Notes: generated by a model from the sequence alone, not told the origin. Positions 48,352 to 59,616 are shown, counted from the stretch's first letter. The stretch: 64,000 nt of DNA from Pelagibacteraceae bacterium AG-447-E22 (GCA_003212295.1 QCQC01000003.1:405-64404); one strand, 5' to 3'. Made by a program: numbers and translations.

Positions 48352-48942
48352 CTAATTAAATTTATGATCTAGAACGCATGCTACCAGATGTATTCTGTTT
48401 TCTTCTCCACCGTTGAATGCATTATGATATTTAGTGTTATTTGTAATCCAAACTGATCCATCAGCAGGCAAATGCTTAGCAACATTGTCAATAACCATAA
48501 TCGAACCTGGATTAGTAATAATAGGAATATGTAATCTTGGCTCTGGATCTCTATGCCAACTTAAAGTTGACCTTGGTTGTTTTAGTAAAATTCTAACTCT
48601 ACCAAGTTTATATTTTGCAGATAAGATATCAAATACTTCTTTAAAGTATGTATTTTTATAGTCTTCAATAAATTCTGAGTATGCAGCTTCATCGATTTTT
48701 TCATCTCGAATAACTTCCTTGCCTGTCCCGTCTGGCTTGGTCCAAAATACACCTCTAGCTTTATGACCTTTGATCGACTCTGGGTCTCCCGGTACTTGTG
48801 TCAATGATATAGCGCCAAAATTAGTAATTCCGTCAGGGCCACTAAAATCTTTTATTTTTAGTATCTCTTTATATGCTTTCTTAAGCTCATCGATGTCAAA
48901 TTTGACATCTTGCTTTTGAAAATCATCAAAATTTAAATTCAT
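48352..48942 (-). CDS. Aspartyl/asparaginyl beta-hydroxylase-like 2OG-Fe(II) oxygenase
   Basis: HxD (WHRD), RLHIPIITN, distal His (YHNAFNGG), RIHL. Confidence 0.78.
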   Translation of the reverse strand: MNLNFDDFQKQDVKFDIDELKKAYKEILKIKDFSGPDGITNFGAISLTQVPGDPESIKGHKARGVFWTKPDGTGKEVIRDEKIDEAAYSEFIEDYKNTYFKEVFDILSAKYKLGRVRILLKQPRSTLSWHRDPEPRLHIPIITNPGSIMVIDNVAKHLPADGSVWITNNTKYHNAFNGGEENRIHLVACVLDHKFN

Positions 48943-49033
48943 AAGTAATAAATTGTCTCCTAATATTGTTTAATATCCTTTTTCAGATATATTTGTATAT
49001 TACATTTGTCGCATTATTTAAATAAATTTAAAC

Positions 49034-50020
49034 ATGATTACTGGTAAATTTCCATCATTGAGACTTAGACGCAGTCGAAAAAACGATTGGTCAAGAAGAC
49101 TTATTGAAGAAAATAACCTAACACCCAATGATTTTATTTTGCCGATATTCCTAATTGATGGAAATAATAAAAAACAACCAATTAAATCAATGCCTGATGT
49201 ATATCGTTATACTTTAGATAATTTAAGTCGAGTTGTTGATAAAGCTATAAGAAAAGGTTTGCCCATGGTTGCATTATTTCCATATACTGAAAGAAAAAAG
49301 AAGAATGAACTCGGTACAGAGGCATTAAATGAAGATAATCTTGTTTGTAGAGCAATACAATTAATTAAGAAAAAATATAAAAATGATATTGGTATTATGT
49401 GTGATGTAGCGCTAGATCCATACACTACACATGGTCATGATGGATTGTTAAAATTTAATTATGTTTTAAATGATGAGACAAATAAAATTTTGATTAATCA
49501 ATCTATATTACAAGCTCAAATGGGTTGTGATGTATTAGCACCATCAGATATGATGGATGGTAGAATAGGAGAAATAAGAAAATCTCTTGATAAAAATGGA
49601 TATCAAATGACACAAATATTATCTTATGCTGTTAAATATGCATCAAGTTTTTATGGACCTTTTCGAGAAGCTGTAGGATCAAAAAAACTATTACAAGGAG
49701 ATAAAAAAAATTATCAAATGGACTATAGAAACAGTGATGAAGCAATAAGAGAAGTTGCTTTAGATATTAAAGAGGGAGCAGATATGGTTATGGTTAAGCC
49801 AGGTTTACCTTATTTAGATATAATTAAACAAATTAAACAAAACTTTAAAATTCCAGTTATGGCCTATCAAGTCTCAGGTGAATACAGTATGTTAACTAAC
49901 AGCATTAACAAAGGATTAATAAATAAAAGTGTAATCTTGGAAAGCTTAATATCATTTAAAAGGGCTGGGGCTAATGCAATAGTCAGCTATTATGCTGATA
50001 AATTGGATAAAATTTTATGA
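49034..50020 (+). CDS. hemB: Porphobilinogen synthase (Zn-independent type)
   Basis: DVALDPYTTHGHDG, APSDMMDGR, FYGPFR, MVKPG, AYQVSGEY. Confidence 0.97.
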   Translation: MITGKFPSLRLRRSRKNDWSRRLIEENNLTPNDFILPIFLIDGNNKKQPIKSMPDVYRYTLDNLSRVVDKAIRKGLPMVALFPYTERKKKNELGTEALNEDNLVCRAIQLIKKKYKNDIGIMCDVALDPYTTHGHDGLLKFNYVLNDETNKILINQSILQAQMGCDVLAPSDMMDGRIGEIRKSLDKNGYQMTQILSYAVKYASSFYGPFREAVGSKKLLQGDKKNYQMDYRNSDEAIREVALDIKEGADMVMVKPGLPYLDIIKQIKQNFKIPVMAYQVSGEYSMLTNSINKGLINKSVILESLISFKRAGANAIVSYYADKLDKIL

Positions 50021-50704
50021 TTATAATTTAAGTGTATTAATAAAATGAATTCTATTCAATGGTTGATTTAAATTATTTGGCTTCAATATTGTTTTATCCA
50101 AGTAATCACCAACAAATTTTAAGCCATCTAATAAAACTTCCAGACTTATTTTTTCATCATTTTTATCAATCAAAAAATTTGGTATAATTTTTTTATTAAT
50201 AGATGATTTAGAAACATATTTAATTTCATTTCCAATTATTTTTTTATCTACTAAATTTTCTAATTCAAGATCATATCCAAGTATTTTGAATAACTCTAAC
50301 TCCCAAAAAATATAACTTTTAATCCAGTTTTTATCATCCAATATTAGATAAAATTTTTCTATTAAATCAAAAATTTTAAAATTGATTTGAAGCTCTGGAG
50401 TTAAAATCTTAACTAAATTGAGTGCTGATGATAAACAGGTCAATTTTTGTTGATCATCAAAATATAATGGTGACAATGCCTCTTGTATTTCAACTTTAAA
50501 ATATCCAATTTTATTTTCAAATTTTGAATTATAGTTGACGTGAACTTTATTACCAATTTGAAGATAATTCTTCATTTTTTTAGAAGTTCCGCCAAAAATT
50601 ATTCCCGAAACTTTACCGTGAGACTTTGTATAAATTTCGGAAATTAAAGAATTTTCATTATATCTATTTTTTGAAATCAAAAAACCTACATCATCCCAAT
50701 TCAT
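50021..50704 (-). CDS. recO: DNA repair protein RecO
   Basis: MNWDDVG...ENSLI...HGKVSG, LQIGN, WELELFKILGY; follows rnc. Confidence 0.85.
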   Translation of the reverse strand: MNWDDVGFLISKNRYNENSLISEIYTKSHGKVSGIIFGGTSKKMKNYLQIGNKVHVNYNSKFENKIGYFKVEIQEALSPLYFDDQQKLTCLSSALNLVKILTPELQINFKIFDLIEKFYLILDDKNWIKSYIFWELELFKILGYDLELENLVDKKIIGNEIKYVSKSSINKKIIPNFLIDKNDEKISLEVLLDGLKFVGDYLDKTILKPNNLNQPLNRIHFINTLKL

Positions 50705-50706
50705 AA

Positions 50707-51369
50707 CTATTTAATATTATTCAAACAAAGCATTGCCGCATTTTGTTCTGCATCTTTTTTTGATTTACCTTCCGCAATATAGAATTTAGTATTAAATAAT
50801 TTAACTGCAACTTTAAAGATTGGTTGATGTCTTGGGCCTGTATTAGAAATAATTTTATAAATTGGTAATTTTTTAAATTTTTTTAATGATAATTCTTGTA
50901 ATTTAGTTTTTGCATCTATTGGTGTTATTACACTTTTTTTAATATGTTCATCCCATAAATTCATAATTATTTTTTCTACTGTTTGAAATCCTCTATCTAA
51001 ATAAATAGAACCTATTAACGCTTCACAACTATCAGCTATTATTTTATCTTCAATTTTATTTTTCTTTTTTTTTGCATTTAAAGTTAATATATATTTATCT
51101 AAATTCAGCTTTTTCGCTACGTCTAAACAAGTTTTTCTATTTACCAAAGATGCAAACTTTTTATCTAATATACCTTCTTTTTCATTTGGGTAAATTTCTA
51201 AAAGCTTTTTAGATATTACTAAACCTAAAACTCTGTCTCCAAGAAATTCGAGTTTTTCATTATTATTTATGTTATTAAAACTTTTATGAGTGAGAGATTG
51301 AACCAATAAATTTTTATTTTTAAAATTTGTTTTTATTTTTTTTTCTAATGTTTCGTAGTTTATTTTCAT
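50707..51369 (-). CDS. rnc: Ribonuclease III
   Basis: NEKLEFLGDRVL, ADSCEALIG, dsRBD DAKTKLQE...GPRHQP. Confidence 0.96.
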   Translation of the reverse strand: MKINYETLEKKIKTNFKNKNLLVQSLTHKSFNNINNNEKLEFLGDRVLGLVISKKLLEIYPNEKEGILDKKFASLVNRKTCLDVAKKLNLDKYILTLNAKKKKNKIEDKIIADSCEALIGSIYLDRGFQTVEKIIMNLWDEHIKKSVITPIDAKTKLQELSLKKFKKLPIYKIISNTGPRHQPIFKVAVKLFNTKFYIAEGKSKKDAEQNAAMLCLNNIK

Positions 51370-52103
51370 TATTTTATCTTTTTAAAAAATCTTTCGAGTC
51401 TTAAGGATTCATTCCATTTCCAGAAATAGAAAATGCTTCCCACAGATTTGTCAGAAGAAAAAAATATAAATTGAGCTTTACCAACTAAATTATCTTTATG
51501 AACATAACCAACACTGGATAGAAATCTACTATCTTTGGAGCAATCTCTATTGTCTCCTAAAAAAAAATAATGATTTTCTGGAACTATAAATTCATCTGAG
51601 TTTTGATATGTGAAATTTTTTAAATAAACTGTATTATATTTCTTTCCATCAGGCAGTAATTCCTGAAATTGAAAAACATCTATTATTTTTTTTCCGCAAA
51701 AAATATTTTTTTTAATTAATATTTTAGATTTTAAAATTTCACTATTATTTATATATAAATTAGAGTCTATAAACTGTATTTTATCTCCCGGTAAACCGAT
51801 CAATCTTTTTACATAATCAGTTCTATTATCTGCGGGTGTTTTAAAGACAATAACGTCACCACGTTGTGGGTTTTTAAAAAAAAATCTCCCCTTAAAAATA
51901 GGTGGGCTAAAAGGTAAAGAATGCTTACTGTAACCATATGAATACTTTGTTACAAAAAGTCTATCTCCAACAAGCAGATTAGGTTCCATAGATGATGAGG
52001 GGATATAAAATGGTTGTATTAAAAAAGATCTTATAATTAAAGCTATTATAAGAGCATAAAATAAAGTTTTAATATTTTCTATTATAATTTTTTTATCAAA
52101 CAT
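51369..52103 (-). CDS. lepB: Signal peptidase I
   Basis: IPSSSMEP, YVKRLIGLPGD, GDNRDCSKDSR. Confidence 0.96.
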   Translation of the reverse strand: MFDKKIIIENIKTLFYALIIALIIRSFLIQPFYIPSSSMEPNLLVGDRLFVTKYSYGYSKHSLPFSPPIFKGRFFFKNPQRGDVIVFKTPADNRTDYVKRLIGLPGDKIQFIDSNLYINNSEILKSKILIKKNIFCGKKIIDVFQFQELLPDGKKYNTVYLKNFTYQNSDEFIVPENHYFFLGDNRDCSKDSRFLSSVGYVHKDNLVGKAQFIFFSSDKSVGSIFYFWKWNESLRLERFFKKIK

Positions 52104-52489
52104 TATTTTTTTTGTAAAATTGTAAAAGCCATTGAATATTCTTTTTCATCGGAAATTGATAGATGCAAATTGTATTTGCTAGCTTTACATATCTTTTTTA
52201 TAAATTGATCTATTTTAACTGAATTTAAATAATATGGTTTACCTAAATTATCATTTATTATTTCGATATCTTTAAAGTTTAAATTGTACCTAAAACCTGT
52301 TCCAAGAGCTTTTGATAGAGCTTCTTTTGCAGCGAATCTCTTTGCAAAATAATTGACTTTATCTTTAAATCTTTTTGACAATTCAATTTCCTTTTTTCCA
52401 AAAGTTCTATTTATAAATTTTTTATCTTTAATTAATTTTCTTAATCTTTTATTATCTACAATATCAACACCTATTCCTAAAATTTTCAT
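52103..52489 (-). CDS. acpS: Holo-ACP synthase
   Basis: GIGVDIV, RFAAKEA, LSISD. Confidence 0.95.
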   Translation of the reverse strand: MKILGIGVDIVDNKRLRKLIKDKKFINRTFGKKEIELSKRFKDKVNYFAKRFAAKEALSKALGTGFRYNLNFKDIEIINDNLGKPYYLNSVKIDQFIKKICKASKYNLHLSISDEKEYSMAFTILQKK

Positions 52490-52491
52490 TT

Positions 52492-53211
52492 TTAATTATT
52501 GATAATTTTTTTAAAATTTCTTATGACTTTACTTAATCCAAAAAATATTGACTCACCTATTAAAAAATGTCCAATATTGAATTCCTTTATTTCTTTAACT
52601 TTTGATAAAAGTTTAGTGGTTGAATAGTCTAGACCGTGGCCAGCATGTACTTCGATACCAAATTTTTTAGCCAAAATTGAACAATTTTTTATTTTATTCA
52701 ACTCATTAGTAAAGTTTTTGTTCGATTTTACTAAATTTGATAATTTTCCAGTATGAATTTCCACACAATCCGTATTGAGTTCTTTTGCTAGTCTAATATC
52801 TTTTAAAGAAGGATTTATAAATAAACTTGTTCTAATTTTTTTTTTTTTAAAACTTATTATAATTTTTTTTAATTTATTTTTATTCTTACTTAAATTCAAC
52901 CCTCCTTCAGTTGTAATTTCTTTTCTTTTTTCAGGGACAATACAAATAAAATTTGGTTTAATTTTATGAGCAATTTTTACTATTTTAGTATTTGTTGAGA
53001 TTTCTAAATTTACTAATAACTTTTTTAAAGAACAAATTTTTTTAGCATCTAAATCTCTTATATGTCTTCTATCTTCTCTTAAATGAATAGTTATTGAGTT
53101 AGCACCTAATTTTCGTACATATTTTGCTGCGAAAAAAGGATCTGGATGTAATTCTCCACGAGCATTTCTAATAGTTGCTATATGATCAATGTTTACACCT
53201 AGACGTTTCAC
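52492..53211 (-). CDS. pdxJ: Pyridoxine 5'-phosphate synthase
   Basis: LGVNIDH, HLREDRRHI, TTEGGL, HAGHGL, NIGH. Confidence 0.97.
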   Translation of the reverse strand: MKRLGVNIDHIATIRNARGELHPDPFFAAKYVRKLGANSITIHLREDRRHIRDLDAKKICSLKKLLVNLEISTNTKIVKIAHKIKPNFICIVPEKRKEITTEGGLNLSKNKNKLKKIIISFKKKKIRTSLFINPSLKDIRLAKELNTDCVEIHTGKLSNLVKSNKNFTNELNKIKNCSILAKKFGIEVHAGHGLDYSTTKLLSKVKEIKEFNIGHFLIGESIFFGLSKVIRNFKKIINN

Positions 53212-53795
53212 TTAGTAAATCTGCTCCCAGGAGTTGTTATTGGCAATAATTTCAATTCTTTAGGTAATTGATTTTTTTTATATGTTGGAACGTCAATTTT
53301 TAAATGAGATATAATCTTTTTTTTTATCCTTAATTCTTTTTTTGTAGAACGATCAATTATTGATGCAAAACCGACAAGTTTACCCTTTGCTTTTTTAATC
53401 AATTTAACACACTCTAAACTTGATTTTCCTGTTGTTATTACATCTTCAATAATTAATACCTTAGATCCTTTTTTAATACTAAAACCTCTTCTCAAAACAA
53501 ACTTACCATTTACTCTCTCACAAAAGATTGTTTCTTTTTTTAAAATTCTTCCAATTTCATATCCAATTATAATTCCTCCCATAGCTGGAGACAAAATTAA
53601 ATCAATTTTACTAAAATTTTTTTTAATTTTATTGGCTAATGATTTACAAATTTTATTAGCCAAATTAGGGTAACTTAAAAGTTTAGCACATTGAATATAT
53701 TTTGATGAATGTAAACCTGACGATAAAACAAAATGTCCCTCTAAAAGTGCATTAGTTTTTTTTAAAATATTTAAGGATTTTTTGGGTGAAAGCAT
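53208..53795 (-). CDS. pyrE: Orotate phosphoribosyltransferase
   Basis: GHFVLSSGLHS, IIEDVITTGKS. Confidence 0.95.
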   Translation of the reverse strand: MLSPKKSLNILKKTNALLEGHFVLSSGLHSSKYIQCAKLLSYPNLANKICKSLANKIKKNFSKIDLILSPAMGGIIIGYEIGRILKKETIFCERVNGKFVLRRGFSIKKGSKVLIIEDVITTGKSSLECVKLIKKAKGKLVGFASIIDRSTKKELRIKKKIISHLKIDVPTYKKNQLPKELKLLPITTPGSRFTK

Positions 53796-55497
53796 TTCTT
53801 TTATCTTCGTGTCTAATTATCTTAAATTTTATACTCTTTTGTTTAAGCTCTGCAATAAAATTTGTAAAGTTTTTTAAGTCTCTTATAATTAATTGAAACT
53901 TAAAATTGATATAATTTGGGTTTTTACCTGCCATTTCGAGGTTTGAAATATTTAATTTATGTTGGCCTATCAGTGAACTTACATTACCTAATTGACCAGG
54001 TTTATCTGGTAGAGAAATCCACAATGTTGTATTATATTTTTTAATTCGTTCTTGTTTTTTTTCTCCTTTATTGTGCCAATATTTTCTTATAGCCGATCTG
54101 GCTTTTCCAGTTTTAGTTATGGGTATCCAGTGAAGTGATGGAGAATTATTTTTTGAGGTTATAATTTTTACAGTATCACCATTTCGTAAAATTGCTTGTA
54201 ACTCACTTTTATTGCCATTTATCTCACATCCAATTGCCGTATCTCCTATTTTAGTATGAACTGCATATGCAAAATCAATAGGCGTTGCATCTTTTGGTAA
54301 TTTAATTACTGATCCTTTTGGTGTGAAACAAAATACATTTTCTTGAAACATTTGAAGTTTTGTATATTCATAAGAATGTTCAGGATTTTCATTTTTTTCT
54401 ATAATTTCAACTAAATCTTTTAACCAGTCATATTCTTTCCAAGTAATAGAATTAAATTTTTCTGAAGATTTATATTGCCAATGAGAAGCTATGCCTCTTT
54501 CAGCAAAATCATGCATCTCCTTGGTTCTAATTTGAATTTCTATAGGTTTTTTGTATGAACCAATTACAGCTGTATGAATTGATTTATATCCATTTATTTT
54601 TGGAGAAGAAATATAATCTTTAAATTTTCCGGGAATACAGTTCCACTGTTTGTGTAAAAGTCCCAGAGTCTTGTAACAATCATCTATATTATCTAAAATA
54701 ATTCTGAACCCTATAATGTCCGTAATCTGCTCTAATGAAACTCTTTTTTTTTGAACTTTTCTCCAAATAGAAAATGGAGTCTTTTCTCTTCCATAAATTT
54801 TTGGAACTATGTTATTTTTTTTTAAAATAAAGTCTATTTCCTCAGATAGTGTCTCGAAAATATCTTTTTTATCTAATTTAATTTCATCTAATCTTTTTTG
54901 AATTAATTTTCTTGCATCATTGTTCAAAATCTCAAAAGATAAATCTTCTAACTCGTCTCTTATTCTATGCATCCCCATTCTATCTGCTAAAGGAGCATAA
55001 ATTTCCATTGTTTCTTGAGATATTCTTTGTCTTTTTTCTAAACTTTTAATTGCTTTAATTGTTCTCATATTGTGAAGTCTGTCAGCAATTTTGACTAATA
55101 AAACTCTTATATCTTTTGAGGTTGCTAAAATTAATTTTCTAAAATTTTCTGCTTTTGAATTCGGTGAAGCGGTATTTTCTAATGCAGAAATTTTTGTAAC
55201 TCCATCAACTAGATCAGCTACTTCAGTTCCAAATTCTCCTTTTATAGTATCATATGTTGCAAAAGTATCTTCAATTGTATCATGTAATAATCCTGTGGTT
55301 ATAGTCGCGCTATCTAATTTTAAATCAGTTAAAATATTTGCAACTTCAATAGGATGTACTGAATATGGATCTCCCGATGCTCTTTTTTGGTTGCCATGAG
55401 CTTTAACTGCAAAATCATATGCTTTATTCAATTTTTCTGGATTTAAAAACTTATTATATATTCTAACTTTATTTATTAATTGCTGAGAATTTAACAT
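53752..55497 (-). CDS. spoT: RelA/SpoT homologue, (p)ppGpp synthetase/hydrolase
   Basis: LHDTIED HD domain, ADRLHNMRT, GYKSIHT, EIQIRT, TGS motif DFAYAVHT, ACT-like tail. Confidence 0.95.
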   Translation of the reverse strand: MLNSQQLINKVRIYNKFLNPEKLNKAYDFAVKAHGNQKRASGDPYSVHPIEVANILTDLKLDSATITTGLLHDTIEDTFATYDTIKGEFGTEVADLVDGVTKISALENTASPNSKAENFRKLILATSKDIRVLLVKIADRLHNMRTIKAIKSLEKRQRISQETMEIYAPLADRMGMHRIRDELEDLSFEILNNDARKLIQKRLDEIKLDKKDIFETLSEEIDFILKKNNIVPKIYGREKTPFSIWRKVQKKRVSLEQITDIIGFRIILDNIDDCYKTLGLLHKQWNCIPGKFKDYISSPKINGYKSIHTAVIGSYKKPIEIQIRTKEMHDFAERGIASHWQYKSSEKFNSITWKEYDWLKDLVEIIEKNENPEHSYEYTKLQMFQENVFCFTPKGSVIKLPKDATPIDFAYAVHTKIGDTAIGCEINGNKSELQAILRNGDTVKIITSKNNSPSLHWIPITKTGKARSAIRKYWHNKGEKKQERIKKYNTTLWISLPDKPGQLGNVSSLIGQHKLNISNLEMAGKNPNYINFKFQLIIRDLKNFTNFIAELKQKSIKFKIIRHEDKRNAFTQKILKYFKKN

Positions 55498-55516
55498 TCC
55501 TTATTATACCATTAAT

Positions 55517-56029
55517 TTAAATTTGTTTAATAGATCTTATGTCTCTATCAGATAATGAAAAAATTAGTGTTTTTATATGCTGTTTTGTTATTGGATGTCT
55601 CCAATCTTTATCTATCTCAAATAAAGGTATTAATACAAAATTTCGTTTATGCATACGAGGGTGCGGTAATTTTGGATCAGTTTTTTTTGTTTTTTTGTCA
55701 TAATCTAAAATATCGATATCACAAATTCTAGGGGAGTTTCTTGATGTTTTTTTTCTACCCATAAATCTCTCAATATTTTTACATAAATTTAACAATTTGG
55801 TTTCATCTATATTTGTTTTGACTTTTACAACTATATTATAAAATTTAGGATTATCTGCATTTGGCCATGACAAACTTTCATAAAAACTTGATGATTTTAA
55901 TATTTCTATATTATTTTTGGAAAGGTAAATTTTAGCTTTTTCAATGTTTAGATATCTATTTCCAAGATTAGAACCAATACCTAAATAAATATTTTTAACT
56001 CGTTTTTCTAATATATCTTGCTTTATCAC
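55517..56029 (-). CDS. folK: 6-hydroxymethyl-7,8-dihydropterin pyrophosphokinase
   Basis: [31 protein letters not shown]; likely start is GTG 56029 (track ORF extends to 56095). Confidence 0.92.
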   Translation of the reverse strand: MIKQDILEKRVKNIYLGIGSNLGNRYLNIEKAKIYLSKNNIEILKSSSFYESLSWPNADNPKFYNIVVKVKTNIDETKLLNLCKNIERFMGRKKTSRNSPRICDIDILDYDKKTKKTDPKLPHPRMHKRNFVLIPLFEIDKDWRHPITKQHIKTLIFSLSDRDIRSIKQI

Positions 56030-56468
56030 GATTCCAATCTCTATTTTTTTTTGCTGCTCTTTTATCAAATTGTTTTTTTCCCTTGGCCACAGCAAGTTCT
56101 ATTTTAGCTTTCCCTTTTTTAAAATACATTTTTGTGGGTACAATTGTGAAACCATCTCGTTGCATTTTTCCAATAAGTTTATTTATTTCTTTTTTATTTA
56201 ATAGAAGTTTTCTATCATCCAAAGGTCTATGATTTGAATAACTTGCTTGTTTATAAGACGCAATATGTGAATTAATCAAAAATAACTCTCCTTTTTTTTC
56301 AACAGCATATGAGTCTGCGATATTTACCTTGCCATTTCTTACTGATTTTATTTCTGAACCTTTGAGAACTATTCCAGCCTCTAACAAGTCCTCAAAAAAA
56401 AAGTTAAAGCTAGCTTTTCTATTTAAACATATAATCTTTAAACCATGATTGGTTTTCTTAATCATCAA
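55995..56468 (-). CDS. smpB: SsrA-binding protein
   Basis: [31 protein letters not shown]. Confidence 0.97.
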   Translation of the reverse strand: MMIKKTNHGLKIICLNRKASFNFFFEDLLEAGIVLKGSEIKSVRNGKVNIADSYAVEKKGELFLINSHIASYKQASYSNHRPLDDRKLLLNKKEINKLIGKMQRDGFTIVPTKMYFKKGKAKIELAVAKGKKQFDKRAAKKNRDWNRDKARYIRKTS

Positions 56469-57346
56469 ATCAATTTTGCTGATTGAAGCGCTTTTTTTAC
56501 AATTTCTTTTGTGTTTTCTGTCACTTTTACTAATGGTAATCTTACATTATCATCACAAAGGTTTAGAAGCTTCGCAGCAAATTTAACAGGACTAGGATTG
56601 CTTTCAACAAACATTGCATGATGAACTGGTTCAAGAATCCTATTTAATTTTTCTGCCTCTTTAATCTCATTTTCACTTTCTGACTTCGAGAATTTTTGAA
56701 AATCAGAGCAAAGTTTTGGAGCTATATTAGCTGTAACACTTATAGCTCCCACTCCACCTCTTTTATTAAATTCAAATGCATTGTCATCATTTCCAGTTAA
56801 TTGAATAAAATCTTTACCCATTTTTTGTAATGTTTGGTTTACTCTATTTAAGTCTCCAGTTGCATCCTTAACACCTATAATATTTTTTAATTCATATAAT
56901 CTCGCCATCGTTTCAACTGACATATCAATAACCGATCTTCCTGGAATATTATAAATTATAATAGGGATTCCACATTTGTCATTTATCGCTTTATAGTGTT
57001 GATATAAACCTTCTTGTGTTGGTTTATTATAATATGGGGTTACTATTAATGCACCGTCTGCTCCTATTTTTTCTGCATGGGTGGTTAATGAAATAGCTTC
57101 TTCAGTAGAATTTGAGCCTGTACCAGCAAAAACTGGCAATTTGCCCTTACTTTCTTTAACACATAATTCTATAACTTTTTCATGCTCATCATGGCTTAAT
57201 GTTGGGGATTCTCCAGTAGTACCCGCTGGAACTAGTCCATTAGTACCATTTTTGATATGAAAATGAATTAACTTGATATAAGTATCCTCATCAAGTTTAT
57301 CATTTTTAAATGGGGTGACTAAAGCTACATTTGAACCTTTAAACAT
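56465..57346 (-). CDS. dapA: 4-hydroxy-tetrahydrodipicolinate synthase
   Basis: GTTGES, PYYNKP, YNIPGRS, GVKDATG, NPSPVK. Confidence 0.97.
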   Translation of the reverse strand: MFKGSNVALVTPFKNDKLDEDTYIKLIHFHIKNGTNGLVPAGTTGESPTLSHDEHEKVIELCVKESKGKLPVFAGTGSNSTEEAISLTTHAEKIGADGALIVTPYYNKPTQEGLYQHYKAINDKCGIPIIIYNIPGRSVIDMSVETMARLYELKNIIGVKDATGDLNRVNQTLQKMGKDFIQLTGNDDNAFEFNKRGGVGAISVTANIAPKLCSDFQKFSKSESENEIKEAEKLNRILEPVHHAMFVESNPSPVKFAAKLLNLCDDNVRLPLVKVTENTKEIVKKALQSAKLI

Positions 57347-57389
57347 AAATACTTATAACATAGTTTATAGATTCATATAGCAAAAGATT

Positions 57390-59612
57390 ATGTTAAAAAA
57401 ATTCTTATTTTTAATCTGTTTAATTATATTTTTATATCCGATTAATTATATTTTAGCTGATATAATACCTTTAAAAAAACCTTCACAAACCAAAGAAATA
57501 AAAGAACAAAAATTATTAATTGACGTATTAAGACCTTTACCAAAACCATTAGTTAATAAAGTTGCTGAAAAAAAAGAAGAAAAATCTGAGAAAAAAATTG
57601 TTGTTAAAAAAGAAAAAGATTTAGGTATACTTCTACCTAAAAAGAAACCATTAATAGCAGGGTCAGAGAAAAAGAAAGAAACAGCTAAGAAGTCTAAATA
57701 TTTTAGTAAAAAAGACTTTGCCCTTGCAAAAAAGGCAATTTCTGAAATGAAACAAGCCAAATGGCCTAATGCTTTAAAAACAGCAAAAAAAGCTAAGGAT
57801 AAATCAATATATAATTTTATCCAATGGAGACACTTGCTCACAAAAGGTAATAAGGCCTCTTATTATGATTACAAAACATTTATAGACTCAAATGAGGATT
57901 ATCCTAGAATTGGAAGATTAAAATATTTAGCAGAACACAAACTCTCAACAGATTCTGTTTCACCAAAAAAAATAATTGAATGGTTTGATGTTCATGAGCC
58001 ATTAAGTGGTTTTGGAAAAATGATACTTGGTGAAAGTTTTATTCTAGATGGAAATATACAAAAAGGAAGTCTTCTTATTAAAGAAGGATGGATTACAGCA
58101 GAATTAAGTAAGAGTGAACTTAGATTTTATAGAAAAAAATTTAAAAAATATCTTAATGCTAATGATTATATTAATAGAGCTGATTATCTTGCTTGGAATA
58201 ATAAATATTGGGATTTAAAAAGATTATTAAGATATTTGCCTAAAGATTATGAATTATTATATACCGCAAGACAATTATTAATGAGCAAATCATATGGTGT
58301 CGATAATGCTATATCAAAAGTTCCATCAAAGTTTAAAAATGATGCTGGTTTAAATTATGATAGATTAAAATGGCGTAGAAAAAGAGGAAGAGTTGATAGT
58401 TCTTTAGAAATATTACTTAAGGTTCAAAACACAAAAGATTATCTAGTAAGACCTGATAAATGGTGGATAGAGAGAGAAATTATATCAAGATCTTTAATCT
58501 ATAAAAAGAAATATGAATTAGCATATAAGATTGCCAGTAATCATGCATTAACAGATGGTCCTGAGTACGCGGCAGCAGAATGGATGAGTGGATGGATTGC
58601 TTTAAGTTTTTTAGATGACCCTTTGTTAGCTAAAGATCATTTTGAGAAATTTTATAACAATGTTGGTTATCCTATAAGTACATCACGAGGAGCATATTGG
58701 CTTGCTAAAACTTATCAAAAATTGGGTAAAGAAGATTTGGCTACACAATGGTTCGAAAAAGCTGCAATATTTCTAACAACATATTATGGTCAACTAGCTT
58801 TTATGGAACTTGATCCAGATAAAACTTTTGAACTTTCAAAGGATAAAGAAATATCAAAAGACTATAGGAATTATTTTTCAAAGAAAGAATTAGTAAGAAC
58901 AATTTATCTCCTTGATGAACTTAATGAAGATAAGTATACAAAACATATTCTTAGACATTTGGCTAATGATGATATTGAAAATGGAAGTGAAATATTAGCG
59001 GCAGAACTAGCAACTAATATTGATAGATTTGATTTCGCAATTCAAATTGCAAAAATAGCCTCTTATGAAAAAAGATTTCATAACAAATTCAGTTATCCAA
59101 TTATAAGCACACCTAATTTTATCAATGGAAGAAAAATACCTGAGACTGCATTTATATTATCAATTATAAGACAAGAGAGTGAATTTGATTTAAGTGCAAA
59201 TAGTCATGCAGGTGCAAAAGGATTGATGCAATTAATGCCTTACACAGCTAAATTAGTGGCAAAACAAGCAAAACTTCCATATTCGCGATCAAGACTAACA
59301 ACTGATGCTGAATATAATATTAACTTAGGCTCACACTATATTGCTGGATTAATTTTAGAATATGACGGGGCTTACCCATTTGCTATAGCAGCTTATAATG
59401 CTGGACCTAAAAGAGTCAGATACTGGAAAAAAATAAATAAAAATCCACAAAAAAATCAAATAAATTATGTTGATTGGATTGAGTTAATTAAATTTAGAGA
59501 AACTAGAAACTATGTTCAAAGAGTACTGGAAAACTATAATGTCTATCGTTATATTTTGGAGCAAAAACCAGTTGCTATGAAAAATTTCTTTAAAGATGAA
59601 CCTCTATATTAA
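57390..59612 (+). CDS. slt: Soluble lytic murein transglycosylase (Slt70-like)
   Basis: IRQESEF, GAKGLMQLMP, AAYNAG, ETRNYVQRV. Confidence 0.9.
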   Translation: MLKKFLFLICLIIFLYPINYILADIIPLKKPSQTKEIKEQKLLIDVLRPLPKPLVNKVAEKKEEKSEKKIVVKKEKDLGILLPKKKPLIAGSEKKKETAKKSKYFSKKDFALAKKAISEMKQAKWPNALKTAKKAKDKSIYNFIQWRHLLTKGNKASYYDYKTFIDSNEDYPRIGRLKYLAEHKLSTDSVSPKKIIEWFDVHEPLSGFGKMILGESFILDGNIQKGSLLIKEGWITAELSKSELRFYRKKFKKYLNANDYINRADYLAWNNKYWDLKRLLRYLPKDYELLYTARQLLMSKSYGVDNAISKVPSKFKNDAGLNYDRLKWRRKRGRVDSSLEILLKVQNTKDYLVRPDKWWIEREIISRSLIYKKKYELAYKIASNHALTDGPEYAAAEWMSGWIALSFLDDPLLAKDHFEKFYNNVGYPISTSRGAYWLAKTYQKLGKEDLATQWFEKAAIFLTTYYGQLAFMELDPDKTFELSKDKEISKDYRNYFSKKELVRTIYLLDELNEDKYTKHILRHLANDDIENGSEILAAELATNIDRFDFAIQIAKIASYEKRFHNKFSYPIISTPNFINGRKIPETAFILSIIRQESEFDLSANSHAGAKGLMQLMPYTAKLVAKQAKLPYSRSRLTTDAEYNINLGSHYIAGLILEYDGAYPFAIAAYNAGPKRVRYWKKINKNPQKNQINYVDWIELIKFRETRNYVQRVLENYNVYRYILEQKPVAMKNFFKDEPLY

Positions 59613-59616
59613 AAAA

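Noticed and set aside
49400-49445. HemB lacking Zn-binding cysteines as a novelty
   Set aside because: DVALDPYTxHGHDG is the well-known Zn-independent type typical of alphaproteobacteria.
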